This document shows, piece after piece, positions 1 to 8,316 of a DNA stretch of 64,000 nucleotides. The position numbers and the translations under genes are program-made. The notes under the pieces are model-generated. The model did no database searches. It had not been told where the DNA came from and saw only the letters and a program-made list of their open reading frames with translations. The stretch lies in the IMG/VR virus record IMGVR_UViG_3300020165_000009; one strand, 5' to 3'. The stretch comes from a virus. Positions within the stretch are counted from its first letter, which is position 1; each line of letters starts with the position of its first letter.

Positions 1-153
1 CTATTATATTTAACACATGTGCTGTCCTGCGTTAGTATGAGCATTCCATCGCGTGGTGTAGTAGTTATGTATAAAATGTGATCCCCCTTGTTAGCGTAGA
101 TTGTCTTTGCAGCACACACTGTGTATTACGTGTAAGCATGGTAGGGTATAGAT

Positions 154-180
154 AAAAAAACCTCAGCTGGAAGGCTGAGG
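154..180 (-). terminator. Rho-independent terminator
   Basis: CCTCAGC/GCTGAGG 7-bp stem, 6-nt loop, A7 run on + strand (U-tract on - strand). Confidence 0.65.
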
Positions 181-231
181 TCTTAAATGATGTAGTTTGG
201 TAATACTAACAAAAAGCGATACATATACAAC

Positions 232-237
232 TAAATA
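232..237 (+). promoter_or_regulatory. T4-like late promoter core (TAAATA-N5-ATG); one of about 20 copies
   Basis: TAAATA exactly 5 nt before ATG 243; same spacing at many structural genes. Confidence 0.6.
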
Positions 238-242
238 TTAAC

Positions 243-563
243 ATGGTTGATCTAAACGAAAACACCAATATAAACATACCACTTCGTAACCTTTTAGCAC
301 TAATCTTTATGGTAGCGGTTAGTGTCACTAGTTATGTTAATGTTACTGCAAGAATTACTCAGCTCGAGCACGATCGAAATATTCGTGATGTAGAGATTGG
401 AGCGAATACAGAGTTTCGTATTAAATGGCCGAGAGGCGAACTCGGTGCCTTACCTGAAGATGCTGAACAAAATCTAAGATTACAGTACATCGAAAAGCAC
501 TTAGACGAAGTAGAAAAGATCGCTCGTACTTTAGAGATTACGGCAGACAACGCGAAGAATTAA
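243..563 (+). CDS. Late-expressed single-TM/coiled-coil membrane protein
   Basis: Hydrophobic helix LLALIFMVAVSVTSYV, heptad-like C-terminus, late promoter. Confidence 0.6.
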   Translation: MVDLNENTNINIPLRNLLALIFMVAVSVTSYVNVTARITQLEHDRNIRDVEIGANTEFRIKWPRGELGALPEDAEQNLRLQYIEKHLDEVEKIARTLEITADNAKN

Positions 564-570
564 AAGATAA

Positions 571-837
571 TTACTCCACCTCATATTTCGGACACTTATT
601 GATACTCTCTGAGAATGTATCTTCGAATCCTGCTTCATCATTACCCCGACCATTGAAACAATAATCAAATAGCCAATCGCGAATTTCGATCTTAGTCATA
701 CCTTCAACCCATTTCTCTTTCTCGACCTTAGCCATAAGCTTATCAAAGTACTCCTCTTGAATCTTACCCAATTCCTGAATAAAGTCTCCAGTCTTAAATG
801 CTTCGTCGTCTAGTTCTGCTTTGATTTTTACTTTCAT
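571..837 (-). CDS. Hypothetical protein
   Basis: ORF in tightly packed minus-strand run. Confidence 0.6.
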   Translation of the reverse strand: MKVKIKAELDDEAFKTGDFIQELGKIQEEYFDKLMAKVEKEKWVEGMTKIEIRDWLFDYCFNGRGNDEAGFEDTFSESINKCPKYEVE

Positions 838-839
838 AA

Positions 840-1049
840 TTATTTATGTCTCGGTACTTTCTTATTTGCGTCATCCATACCCATTGCTAACTCAACAACC
901 ATACGCTCACTCCATCCAGCAAACGGACCTCGCATAAAGACTTGAGTCAGTTCGTCAGGTTCGAATCTGTCATACTTCTCAAGAGTCAACTTAACCCAAT
1001 TGTCAGTCGCTTCTTGCCATGCATTTTCTTTTTCTTCGTATTCATTCAT
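840..1049 (-). CDS. Hypothetical protein
   Basis: ORF packed against neighbours. Confidence 0.6.
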   Translation of the reverse strand: MNEYEEKENAWQEATDNWVKLTLEKYDRFEPDELTQVFMRGPFAGWSERMVVELAMGMDDANKKVPRHK

Positions 1050-1050
1050 T

Positions 1051-1674
1051 TTATTTTACTGTAAGATAGTAAGCACCTGTTTTCGAATCATTATATTTGA
1101 TCTCCGTAACAGTTAAGCCTTCTAATTCCTTATGCACATCACCGAGATTTGTACCTACACCAATATATGGCCCACCACTTGGATCAACTGAGGATAACTT
1201 GCCTTCAGCGTCCATTGACATTCCAACATGATCATCATCTTCAAAGGAATACTCAACGCAATACTTAGATATGATAGTGAATTTTCGTTCCTCATTGTAT
1301 CGGCTTAGAATCGAGATTGTTTCTTCACCTTGAATTGGATCAGAGACACCTGAAGACACTACATCTTCAGTTGGCGATCCTGCCCAACTGGAATGTGCCG
1401 GCACACTGGCCCAACTGGAATGTAGTCTTTGAAGGCCGGCTGAAGACACTACATCTTCAGCAGAATCAAAATCAACTTCGATTTTATCGTTTGGATAAAG
1501 ATGCTCTGTCATTTCTCGACCTTTTTCAAGGAAACACTCACCTACAGAATCTGGATGATACCCAGCGGCGATGCATAGACCGTATAACTTCTCAGTCAGG
1601 TCACTCATCCCCATTGAATCGTGTTCACTTTCGTATGTAAACTTATCTGCGTAAACTTCTATTGTAATTTTCAT
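1051..1674 (-). CDS. Hypothetical protein; N-terminal domain paralogous to 2052..2366, repeat-containing linker
   Basis: MKITIE...YGLCIAAGY matches MKISIE...YGLCIAAGF; EDVVSS and HSSWA each occur twice. Confidence 0.65.
   Translation of the reverse strand: MKITIEVYADKFTYESEHDSMGMSDLTEKLYGLCIAAGYHPDSVGECFLEKGREMTEHLYPNDKIEVDFDSAEDVVSSAGLQRLHSSWASVPAHSSWAGSPTEDVVSSGVSDPIQGEETISILSRYNEERKFTIISKYCVEYSFEDDDHVGMSMDAEGKLSSVDPSGGPYIGVGTNLGDVHKELEGLTVTEIKYNDSKTGAYYLTVK
1350..1460. repeat. Nested direct repeats: 21-bp palindromic CTGAAGACACTACATCTTCAG x2 enclosing 15-bp GCCCAACTGGAATGT x2
   Basis: Copies at 1350-1370 and 1440-1460; 1382-1396 and 1409-1423. Confidence 0.9.
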
Positions 1675-1702
1675 AATTTTTTAGTATTCGAGTTGGTAAA
1701 CA

Positions 1703-1789
1703 TGGTAGTCGTGATGGGACTCGAACCCATATGGGGTAACCCCCAGCAGTTTTTAAGACTGCTCTGTAAACCGATTCCAGCACACGACC
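1703..1789 (-). tRNA. tRNA-Leu (TAA)
   Basis: GGTCGTG/CACGACT acceptor, GCAGT-CT-TAA-AA-ACTGC anticodon arm, long variable arm, GTTCGAGTC T-loop, encoded CCA. Confidence 0.93.
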
Positions 1790-1800
1790 TTTAAATGTTT

Positions 1801-1821
1801 TTCCAATTCCACCACACCTGC
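1801..1821 (-). pseudogene. 5' fragment of a second tRNA (Leu-like)
   Basis: GCAGGTGTGGTGGAATTGG = acceptor 5' strand plus D-arm; no anticodon or T-arm follows. Confidence 0.55.
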
Positions 1822-1833
1822 ATTTATTAGTAA

Positions 1834-2055
1834 CTAATCTTCAATTTCCTTTAGTTTAATTTTCTGCCGGCCAAACTTTCGTTCTGCGCCATCTACTGCA
1901 AGAATCCAACCTGTCTTTGTTGTTGTAAACTGCCACTCATTACTTAAACCAAAACGGTCACCTGTAAAGTGAATGCCCAGAGCGCCCCACATCGTCAGCG
2001 CTTCGATTATCACCTCCTTACCGCTATCATCGATAAGCCATTTCTTCTTTTTCAT
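1834..2055 (-). CDS. Hypothetical protein
   Basis: ATGA overlap with upstream gene. Confidence 0.6.
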   Translation of the reverse strand: MKKKKWLIDDSGKEVIIEALTMWGALGIHFTGDRFGLSNEWQFTTTKTGWILAVDGAERKFGRQKIKLKEIED

Positions 2056-2366
2056 ATATTTTTATTTTTATATTCACTACCAAATCGATAGTCTTTATCC
2101 AGTTCTACTTCGAACGATGTATCATCACGCAGTAGCCCGTCATACGGCTCTATACCCGATTCAAAAAATGGCATCTGGTCACTCGCATTACGTAATGGAG
2201 CACATTCTATAGACTTGTCCATAAATGCATCTGCTACATTATCTGCATCGAACCCAGCTGCGATGCATAGCCCGTACATATGACTGACTACCTCGCTGAT
2301 AGTAAGGTCATCGTTTTTAGTCTCCACTGTAATCGTATCGTCGTAATGTTCTATTGATATTTTCAT
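2052..2366 (-). CDS. Hypothetical protein, paralog of N-terminus of 1051..1674
   Basis: Shared YGLCIAAG motif and N-terminus. Confidence 0.65.
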   Translation of the reverse strand: MKISIEHYDDTITVETKNDDLTISEVVSHMYGLCIAAGFDADNVADAFMDKSIECAPLRNASDQMPFFESGIEPYDGLLRDDTSFEVELDKDYRFGSEYKNKNI

Positions 2367-2393
2367 TATTAGTTGTGTTGTGTCCGTATATAA

Positions 2394-2615
2394 TTAAGCA
2401 CCTTTTTCATCAATGACATCAAACTCACCGATAATATCACTTTCTTCAATGTTTGGAAACCGGTCTTCCATTTCACGGAGTTTCTGGACGTGTTCTACTC
2501 TACCCATATACCAATCATGCCACTGACCTGATGGTTTTCGCTTCCTATATTTTAAGTATAGGTCAAGCGCGTTATTCCATTCCTTATAGTTTAGTTCGTT
2601 TAATGTATACCTCAT
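2394..2615 (-). CDS. Hypothetical protein
   Basis: ORF in minus-strand run. Confidence 0.55.
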   Translation of the reverse strand: MRYTLNELNYKEWNNALDLYLKYRKRKPSGQWHDWYMGRVEHVQKLREMEDRFPNIEESDIIGEFDVIDEKGA

Positions 2616-2621
2616 ATAGTT

Positions 2622-2876
2622 TTAAGCGCAGGGATTTTTCGAAAAGTTTTTAACCGCGCTCCTAGCGCCATTAGGTACATAGTATTTACGCTTCTCTTTC
2701 CAGGAGTCAGCTGAGTGGATCTCAATCTCCCCGCCGACTTTTCCAGTGTATATCATTACCCCTTTAGGTCTCTCTACATCCGGGAGAGCAAACGCACACG
2801 TTTTACATCTCTTGAGATTGAGCTCTACTCGTGCCTCTTCTACCGGTCGACCGCAGCCGCATATTGTCATAGTCAT
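2622..2876 (-). CDS. TraR/DksA-type C4 zinc-finger protein
   Basis: CGCGRPVEEARVEL...RCKTC resembles the CxxCGxxIxxxRLxA...CxxC finger; directly behind a GGAAC-N5-TATAAT promoter. Confidence 0.6.
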   Translation of the reverse strand: MTMTICGCGRPVEEARVELNLKRCKTCAFALPDVERPKGVMIYTGKVGGEIEIHSADSWKEKRKYYVPNGARSAVKNFSKNPCA

Positions 2877-2882
2877 ATTATT

Positions 2883-2898
2883 ATTATATTGATGTTCC
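2883..2898 (-). promoter_or_regulatory. GGAAC-N5-TATAAT promoter
   Basis: GGAACATCAATATAAT; ATG 7 nt downstream (2876). Confidence 0.75.
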
Positions 2899-2910
2899 TT
2901 TATATATACC

Positions 2911-3438
2911 TTAGAAGAGTTCTAATTGAGTTTCACCAGGCACAACATCGACTCTGAACGCATTAAGCACCTTACGAGTAGGTCGAAACTCTTCGCCATA
3001 GTTGTCGATGAGTACACCATCCTTAACAGTGAATACGTGTTTAGATACAAATACTAGAAATGTACCCTTGCGGAAGGCATCGATGAACGACTTAACAGTC
3101 TTCTTACGATGCACTATCTCTCCGCGGAGCTTATACTCATTGCAGAGGCTAACAGTAGGTATTTTTTTGTATTTAAAATTAATATCACCTGCTGTTTGGA
3201 CAGGGTTATCATGATCAGTGAAAGCTTCGAGCTTATCAGTCATACCCTTTGCGCCCTTACGGTCCTTTCGACCTATGACATCTTTCATATATCTGTGAGC
3301 AGCGTCATAAGTTACGCCTACTGCAGTTGCGATTGCTCGGACTGAACAATCATTCTTTTCTCCGATCTTAGAGGCTGCGGATGCTTTACTGAAGTCGATC
3401 TCTGTCGACGAATGCTTATAGTCTAATACTTTGCTCAT
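2911..3438 (-). CDS. Phage protein with possible papain-like Cys-His-Asp motif
   Basis: NDCSVRAIA...KHVFTVKDGVLID pattern. Confidence 0.45.
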   Translation of the reverse strand: MSKVLDYKHSSTEIDFSKASAASKIGEKNDCSVRAIATAVGVTYDAAHRYMKDVIGRKDRKGAKGMTDKLEAFTDHDNPVQTAGDINFKYKKIPTVSLCNEYKLRGEIVHRKKTVKSFIDAFRKGTFLVFVSKHVFTVKDGVLIDNYGEEFRPTRKVLNAFRVDVVPGETQLELF

Positions 3439-3479
3439 TGTTATAATAGTTGGTTGTTATTGTTTCTTTCTTCTCTATA

Positions 3480-3495
3480 ATTATATCGGTGTTCC
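3480..3495 (-). promoter_or_regulatory. GGAAC-N5-TATAAT promoter
   Basis: GGAACACCGATATAAT; leader nearly identical to 9246-9292. Confidence 0.75.
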
Positions 3496-3571
3496 GTTCC
3501 GGAATTATCACCTTTAACATAGATCTGTCAGATACTCGAATCGACTTTTCTTTTATGTCGCTCTTACCACT

Positions 3572-3587
3572 ATTATAACGGTGTTCC
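3572..3587 (-). promoter_or_regulatory. GGAAC-N5-TATAAT promoter (tandem with 3480)
   Basis: GGAACACCGTTATAAT. Confidence 0.7.
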
Positions 3588-3842
3588 GGCTTGAAATCTT
3601 CTCATATCCAGCCAATTTAAGTAAAGCTCTTCAGCTTGACCGAGCCCTAGACCATAAGTATCTGCTAATATAGCGTGCGGGTATTGATCCGGGTATGTTT
3701 TCCCACTCTCTTCACTTAACTTAATTAAGTATTCGAAGAACTTATTAGCGTCTTCCTGCTCTATATGTAAGCGCCTCTCCATATTACTTCCAATTATAAA
3801 ATCTAGATGCATATGCATTATATACATACTCAGGATACGCAA
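3573..3842 (-). CDS. Hypothetical protein (true start probably the internal MERR)
   Basis: ORF; 5' part overlaps upstream ORF. Confidence 0.45.
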   Translation of the reverse strand: MRILSMYIMHMHLDFIIGSNMERRLHIEQEDANKFFEYLIKLSEESGKTYPDQYPHAILADTYGLGLGQAEELYLNWLDMRRFQAGTPL

Positions 3843-3946
3843 ATAGCATTGATTTTATTGTAATTAAACATGCAAAGATTGTCGCGGGTATGATAGCGAG
3901 CATAATAAAAAGATGTATACCCACCTCGAACCATATATTTTTATTA

Positions 3947-4168
3947 TTAATCATGTTTAAGAACATTAATTGCAGCGACCAAACCTGCCCCTGTGGTAAT
4001 AATAGCTTCTACTTGATCTGGAGCGAGACGCCATCCCAATAAAGTAGCGACGGTAATAATACCACGCCATGTGCTCTCTTGCTTAAGTCGAGTCATTATA
4101 CTATCTTGCACAAAGCTATGCTTACATTCAACTACCTCTTGTGTTGTTGTATTTGTTTCTTCACTCAT
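3947..4168 (-). CDS. Putative holin (2 TM)
   Basis: RLKQESTWRGII...LAPDQVEAII..GAGLVAAINV matches a common small phage holin pattern; TAAATA late-promoter core upstream. Confidence 0.55.
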   Translation of the reverse strand: MSEETNTTTQEVVECKHSFVQDSIMTRLKQESTWRGIITVATLLGWRLAPDQVEAIITTGAGLVAAINVLKHD

Positions 4169-4188
4169 ATATATATATTTATGTAAAA

Positions 4189-4265
4189 TGGTACACCAGG
4201 AGGAACTCGAATCCCCGACCCACGGATTAGAAATCCGTTGCTCTATCCAACTGAGCTACTGGTGC
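4189..4265 (-). tRNA. tRNA-Arg (TCT)
   Basis: GCACCAG acceptor, TAGCTCAGTTGGATAGAGC D-arm, ACGGA-TT-TCT-AA-TCCGT, encoded CCA. Confidence 0.93.
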
Positions 4266-4267
4266 AT

Positions 4268-4540
4268 TTATATCCGTTTAACTATAGGCGCACTTTGTTG
4301 ATATTTTTCTTCTAATTCTTTAGTTGGTCTCCACTCCGAGATTGGTTTCGTCTTCCATACCTCTCCTAGTTCATTATACGTCTTTGACGCAATCGGCCAA
4401 TCCGCCCCGACCCGCTTCCACATGCTCCAATCATATTTACCTTTACCATGACACTCATACGTCCTGCTCGCGAAACCCACTACTGATGTATTCCGGAGAA
4501 TATGATCTTCAGGTAGTTTATGTAGTCTTACGAACTTCAT
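4268..4540 (-). CDS. Hypothetical protein between tRNAs
   Basis: ORF fills the inter-tRNA gap. Confidence 0.55.
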   Translation of the reverse strand: MKFVRLHKLPEDHILRNTSVVGFASRTYECHGKGKYDWSMWKRVGADWPIASKTYNELGEVWKTKPISEWRPTKELEEKYQQSAPIVKRI

Positions 4541-4549
4541 TTATTATAT

Positions 4550-4635
4550 TGGTGGGCAGGGCTGGATTCGAACCAGCGAAGGCGATAGCCAGGAGATTTA
4601 CAGTCTCCCCTCGTTGGCCACTTGAGTACCTACCC
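4550..4635 (-). tRNA. tRNA-Tyr (GTA)
   Basis: GGGTAGG acceptor, GGAGA-CT-GTA-AA-TCTCC, long variable arm, GGTTCGAATCC, encoded CCA. Confidence 0.95.
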
Positions 4636-4648
4636 TTTATATTAATTT

Positions 4649-4852
4649 TTATTTGTCTTGGGATTTCTTTTTCTTTATTCTACTAATCTTCCACTGTCTA
4701 AAAAGAAAAGCTAATATAATAGTACCTGCAAAAAGGGCAGCAGTTTTTACAAAGAAACTGACTGGTGTCTTTTCAACTACTACGGCAGCGTCCATCATGT
4801 TTTGATGAAACTTATCATCAACCAATTGTTCTATCTGTGCTAGTATATTCAT
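4649..4852 (-). CDS. Small single-TM protein
   Basis: TAALFAGTIILAFLF followed by basic tail. Confidence 0.5.
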   Translation of the reverse strand: MNILAQIEQLVDDKFHQNMMDAAVVVEKTPVSFFVKTAALFAGTIILAFLFRQWKISRIKKKKSQDK

Positions 4853-4870
4853 ATATTATTATTTAGAGGA

Positions 4871-5161
4871 TTACCATACTCCATACACTACTCCCATTCC
4901 AAATATATTTACTACCATATAGTACGAAGTTAGTATCATTGGCCAGGCAAGCTTGCGCTTATAGTACCCGTACGTTGCAGCAGTACAACTAACAAAGAAC
5001 CCTGGGTATATATATGCCATGTTAGGCGCTTCAGCTGTTAACGCAAGCATTAAACTAGCAATAACAGCGAAGACCAAACTTACCAACTCACACGCAAAGG
5101 CAGCACGATCAGTTTCGTAGCTATGTAAGCAGAACTTTTTTATGCGCTTGAGCGTGTACAT
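4871..5161 (-). CDS. Small 3-TM membrane protein
   Basis: Three hydrophobic segments. Confidence 0.6.
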   Translation of the reverse strand: MYTLKRIKKFCLHSYETDRAAFACELVSLVFAVIASLMLALTAEAPNMAYIYPGFFVSCTAATYGYYKRKLAWPMILTSYYMVVNIFGMGVVYGVW

Positions 5162-5165
5162 GTAT

Positions 5166-5390
5166 TTAAAGTTTTAATTCTGTTAATACTTCACCCGCCT
5201 TTACGCGAAGATCGTCTCGGCTGTTGCTATACTCTCCGGAGCGTCGCTTACCAGCAACTACAAGATGTACGAAGTCTAATAGCATAGCCTTGTCGAGAGC
5301 TAGTTGATGGTGTTCATCGGCTAGCAGCTGCTTATATTGATGGGCTTGCTTCTCCTTTTCAATCGACTTGTTAGTATAAATCATTGCCAT
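5166..5390 (-). CDS. Hypothetical protein
   Basis: Packed ORF. Confidence 0.55.
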   Translation of the reverse strand: MAMIYTNKSIEKEKQAHQYKQLLADEHHQLALDKAMLLDFVHLVVAGKRRSGEYSNSRDDLRVKAGEVLTELKL

Positions 5391-5392
5391 AA

Positions 5393-5629
5393 CTATACTA
5401 CAATTTCAAAATCACCCTCAAGTCCTAGCATACCACTACAGAACCCTGCGACATCTAGCATCGTATACTCATAGAAGAATTCAATCATCTTTTCCTCTCC
5501 GCGCGTCCTAAAACAGAACCCGTTTCCGTTAATAAATGTATGACATGTATCATACGCCTTTTTAGTTTTAAACTTAATAATCATTTTCATATTAATTGAA
5601 TCGTCCAGTTTTGAGCATACCAATTGCAT
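5393..5629 (-). CDS. Hypothetical protein (start probably the internal MKMII)
   Basis: Packed ORF. Confidence 0.5.
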   Translation of the reverse strand: MQLVCSKLDDSINMKMIIKFKTKKAYDTCHTFINGNGFCFRTRGEEKMIEFFYEYTMLDVAGFCSGMLGLEGDFEIVV

Positions 5630-5840
5630 CCAGTTCAGTCTGAAGACAACATACTACTTCATCGAGCTTCTCAAGCTTCTTAATATTAGATGGTTTATGC
5701 TCTTCCATATTATCAGCCATTCTCTCAGCCTCGCCTAAAGCCTTACTATACGCTCTATCAAGGTCTCTGCTAATCTTCTTATACGCCACGGTAAGCTCTT
5801 TATTAGCTAACCCTTTATACCTTCTAATTGTTTGTATCAT
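5592..5840 (-). CDS. Hypothetical coiled-coil protein
   Basis: ATG 7 nt behind promoter 5847-5862. Confidence 0.6.
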   Translation of the reverse strand: MIQTIRRYKGLANKELTVAYKKISRDLDRAYSKALGEAERMADNMEEHKPSNIKKLEKLDEVVCCLQTELDAIGMLKTGRFN

Positions 5841-5846
5841 ACTATT

Positions 5847-5862
5847 ATTATATCGGTGTTCC
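5847..5862 (-). promoter_or_regulatory. GGAAC-N5-TATAAT promoter
   Basis: GGAACACCGATATAAT. Confidence 0.75.
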
Positions 5863-5962
5863 TTTTAAATAAATTGCCCTGTGAATCATTGCTTACGCTA
5901 TCACTCTCAGCCGGAGCCAGCCACAGACTACAGTAACGTAGTAGCCTATACGTTCGAAATTC

Positions 5963-6169
5963 CTACTTGATCATATAGTTATCGATCATCTTACGCAATA
6001 CACTGAACCACAGTCTATCGATCTTATCGATATCATCAGTACCGTACTTGGTAATAATGTTCTGGACACCTAACGATTGTATATTTTCTGCTTGCTCTTC
6101 AATGAAAGTATTTTCGTAATTACGGCGCTTAATTACCTCGAGGTCTGTTTCTTTTTGATCTAATCCCAT
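5963..6169 (-). CDS. Hypothetical protein (start moved to second Met, 6169)
   Basis: GGAACACCAATACAAT at 6176-6191 lies 7 nt before ATG 6169. Confidence 0.55.
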   Translation of the reverse strand: MGLDQKETDLEVIKRRNYENTFIEEQAENIQSLGVQNIITKYGTDDIDKIDRLWFSVLRKMIDNYMIK

Positions 6170-6175
6170 ACTATA

Positions 6176-6191
6176 ATTGTATTGGTGTTCC
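6176..6191 (-). promoter_or_regulatory. GGAAC-N5-TACAAT promoter variant
   Basis: One mismatch to consensus; same 7-nt spacing to ATG. Confidence 0.6.
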
Positions 6192-6202
6192 ATAATGGAG
6201 CG

Positions 6203-6544
6203 TTATTGCTGCCGTGCTGGACTAGCAAACCTGAACCAGCGCTTCTTCTTTTTTGGTTTAGTTTCCACTTCTTCTACGACAGCTGATTGTTCAGGTAGAT
6301 ACCTAATATGATCTACATAGTTATATATACCTTCTTCTTCGACCTCCGCGACTGGTAACCTGGGGAGAGGTAAATCAGACTCAGGTGTAATAATAGAATT
6401 ACTATCTATTAAAGCAGTAGGAGTAGCTCTAGTCTGCGGAGTAGCCTTTACGACCTCCCATGGCTTAAAAACAATGATGAGTAGGGTGGTGACTATACAT
6501 ACATAGCCAAGGATTAATATTGTAGCTTTACTGTGTCGCGGCAT
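6203..6544 (-). CDS. N-terminally membrane-anchored protein
   Basis: TM helix aa 8-27, basic C-terminus. Confidence 0.55.
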   Translation of the reverse strand: MPRHSKATILILGYVCIVTTLLIIVFKPWEVVKATPQTRATPTALIDSNSIITPESDLPLPRLPVAEVEEEGIYNYVDHIRYLPEQSAVVEEVETKPKKKKRWFRFASPARQQ

Positions 6545-6556
6545 GATGCGTATGAT

Positions 6557-6760
6557 TTAATCCTCGGTGAGTAGGGTCAGAATATCAGACTGATTAACAT
6601 AAGTCATTCTCTGCCCACCATTACCTTCTGATACAAGATAGACTACTTCAGTCTTACCTGAGATCGTTTTTTCTTCTATATTAATTACCTCACCATAAGA
6701 GTGAAAGTGCTCCCCTGACTTATAGTTAATTGTTTGACCTTTTCTATATTTTGGTTGCAT
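6557..6760 (-). CDS. Small beta-barrel (SH3-like) hypothetical protein
   Basis: KYRKGQTI...GEV...VYLV pattern. Confidence 0.5.
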   Translation of the reverse strand: MQPKYRKGQTINYKSGEHFHSYGEVINIEEKTISGKTEVVYLVSEGNGGQRMTYVNQSDILTLLTED

Positions 6761-6774
6761 AATTGTATTATATA

Positions 6775-7005
6775 TTATTCGTCGCTAATAGCAACTTCTT
6801 TTAATAGGTTATAAGCTAAGTCGAGATGTACGTATAAATCTGCGCCGAACTTGTGCTTTAACGTGCGGTTACTGATCTTAAGATTACTCTCTTTCATTGT
6901 AACAAAATCTCTGAATTCATCCATGTTATAGGTTGCTTCAAGGTCAAACTTAACGAGATGAGTATGACCTCTCTTAACAACTTCAAGTATTCGGCCTACT
7001 GACAT
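6775..7005 (-). CDS. Hypothetical protein
   Basis: Packed ORF. Confidence 0.5.
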   Translation of the reverse strand: MSVGRILEVVKRGHTHLVKFDLEATYNMDEFRDFVTMKESNLKISNRTLKHKFGADLYVHLDLAYNLLKEVAISDE

Positions 7006-7181
7006 GAGGGTAGCTCATTAAGGATATACGCAACTTCAATCTCGAAAGATTTCTGATCTGTGATATTACCATTAACACCAACATACACAGGATCCATTGC
7101 GTCTTTATCTGCATACACTATAACCACGCCCGTATCTGGATTAAGAGTAAAAGTGTAACCTTCTGTTTTAATATTATTCAT
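6996..7181 (-). CDS. Hypothetical protein
   Basis: Downstream of GGAGC-N5-TATAAT at 7206-7221. Confidence 0.55.
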   Translation of the reverse strand: MNNIKTEGYTFTLNPDTGVVIVYADKDAMDPVYVGVNGNITDQKSFEIEVAYILNELPSCQ

Positions 7182-7220
7182 ATATATATCTTTATTACTT
7201 GTCTTATTATATAGTCGCTC

Positions 7221-8225
7221 CTAGTTGATTGATGCAAGGTCTAGAAACTTTTTACCTCGTTGAATTGTCTTCTCACAAAGCTCGCGATTGTTAACCACTG
7301 TCCAGAATGCATTTTTATTCATGCGACCTAACCCGTGCTCAGACGAATAATACTGGCTAGCTTTATTCTTACCACCCCCACGCGTACTACTATGTGTGTA
7401 GTAGTCAGTGACTGCAGAGAACGCATCAGCGTAGTTCTCTCCACGGTTACCTGCACCCCTAGTAAATAACTCACCAAGACGTTCAACTGTGTTGAGGCAC
7501 CGGGCACTCGCACGCTCCCTGGGATTATTGCGAGTGAGGAAGCCTGTATACAGCTGCTGAGCTTTTTCAAGGTCAATGCGACGTTGTAGGAGTTTATCGA
7601 ATTTGGTTTTGAAATCTTCCTGTGTGCCGAGAAACTCATCTACTAATACTGTTAAATCGGCTAGCTTAAGCTCGACGTCCCCGCGGTGCACAGCTGAACC
7701 AACTAAGCCTTCATTACTCCGTAGGTTGAAGTTGAACGTATTCTCACATACAGTACATATATTCGTATTGTTGATCCATAGACGAGAGCTTTGATCATGA
7801 GCGTTACCGAAATTTAGGAAGTCTTGAAACTTACGGTCACCAATATTGTAATCTTTATGATCACTGAGGCTGATAGTTGCGAAAACCTTACCACGGTTAC
7901 TAACCGAACCTACACTCTCAAGCTTTGCCTTAGGCAGTCTATTCATTGCATCGCTGACGAGATCCATAAATGATTCATTCGAAATTTCTTTGTATGCCTT
8001 TGACATCGGCTTACCAATTAACTGCTCATCATCACTACCGACCAGGATATCGAATCCTGAATCAACATCTTCACCATCCACTTCGAACGAGAGAGTGCGT
8101 CGCTCAACATCCCACGATGTTAGGTAATTGTCATTCGGGTCAATTTTTTCCTTTACCCTCGTCAACCGGTGCCAGGCTTGCTTTAATCCGTGCTGTTGAT
8201 CCCTATTTGTGATATTATGTCCCAT
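7221..8225 (-). CDS. DUF932 / TIGR03299-like phage-plasmid protein
   Basis: AWHRL, ESVGSVSNRGKVF, NAHDQS, TVCENT, AFSAVTDYYTH motifs. Confidence 0.8.
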   Translation of the reverse strand: MGHNITNRDQQHGLKQAWHRLTRVKEKIDPNDNYLTSWDVERRTLSFEVDGEDVDSGFDILVGSDDEQLIGKPMSKAYKEISNESFMDLVSDAMNRLPKAKLESVGSVSNRGKVFATISLSDHKDYNIGDRKFQDFLNFGNAHDQSSRLWINNTNICTVCENTFNFNLRSNEGLVGSAVHRGDVELKLADLTVLVDEFLGTQEDFKTKFDKLLQRRIDLEKAQQLYTGFLTRNNPRERASARCLNTVERLGELFTRGAGNRGENYADAFSAVTDYYTHSSTRGGGKNKASQYYSSEHGLGRMNKNAFWTVVNNRELCEKTIQRGKKFLDLASIN

Positions 8226-8277
8226 ATTTTTGTTTTTTTAGTTTATTGCTGAAGGAATCGTTCCTTCTTACTCTTTA

Positions 8278-8293
8278 ATTATACCGTAGTTCC
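8278..8293 (-). promoter_or_regulatory. GGAAC-N5-TATAAT promoter
   Basis: GGAACTACGGTATAAT upstream of DUF932 gene. Confidence 0.7.
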
Positions 8294-8316
8294 TCTTTGT
8301 TCAAGGTCTTTTTCCT

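Noticed and set aside
1350-1460. CRISPR mini-array
   Set aside because: Only two 21-bp repeats, a 69-bp spacer that is itself repetitive, in frame within a CDS, and no cas genes
4324-4686. 120-aa plus-strand ORF
   Set aside because: Antisense to tRNA-Tyr and a minus-strand CDS
5872-5962. TPP riboswitch or hammerhead ribozyme (CTGAGA motif)
   Set aside because: The remaining conserved core nucleotides are missing
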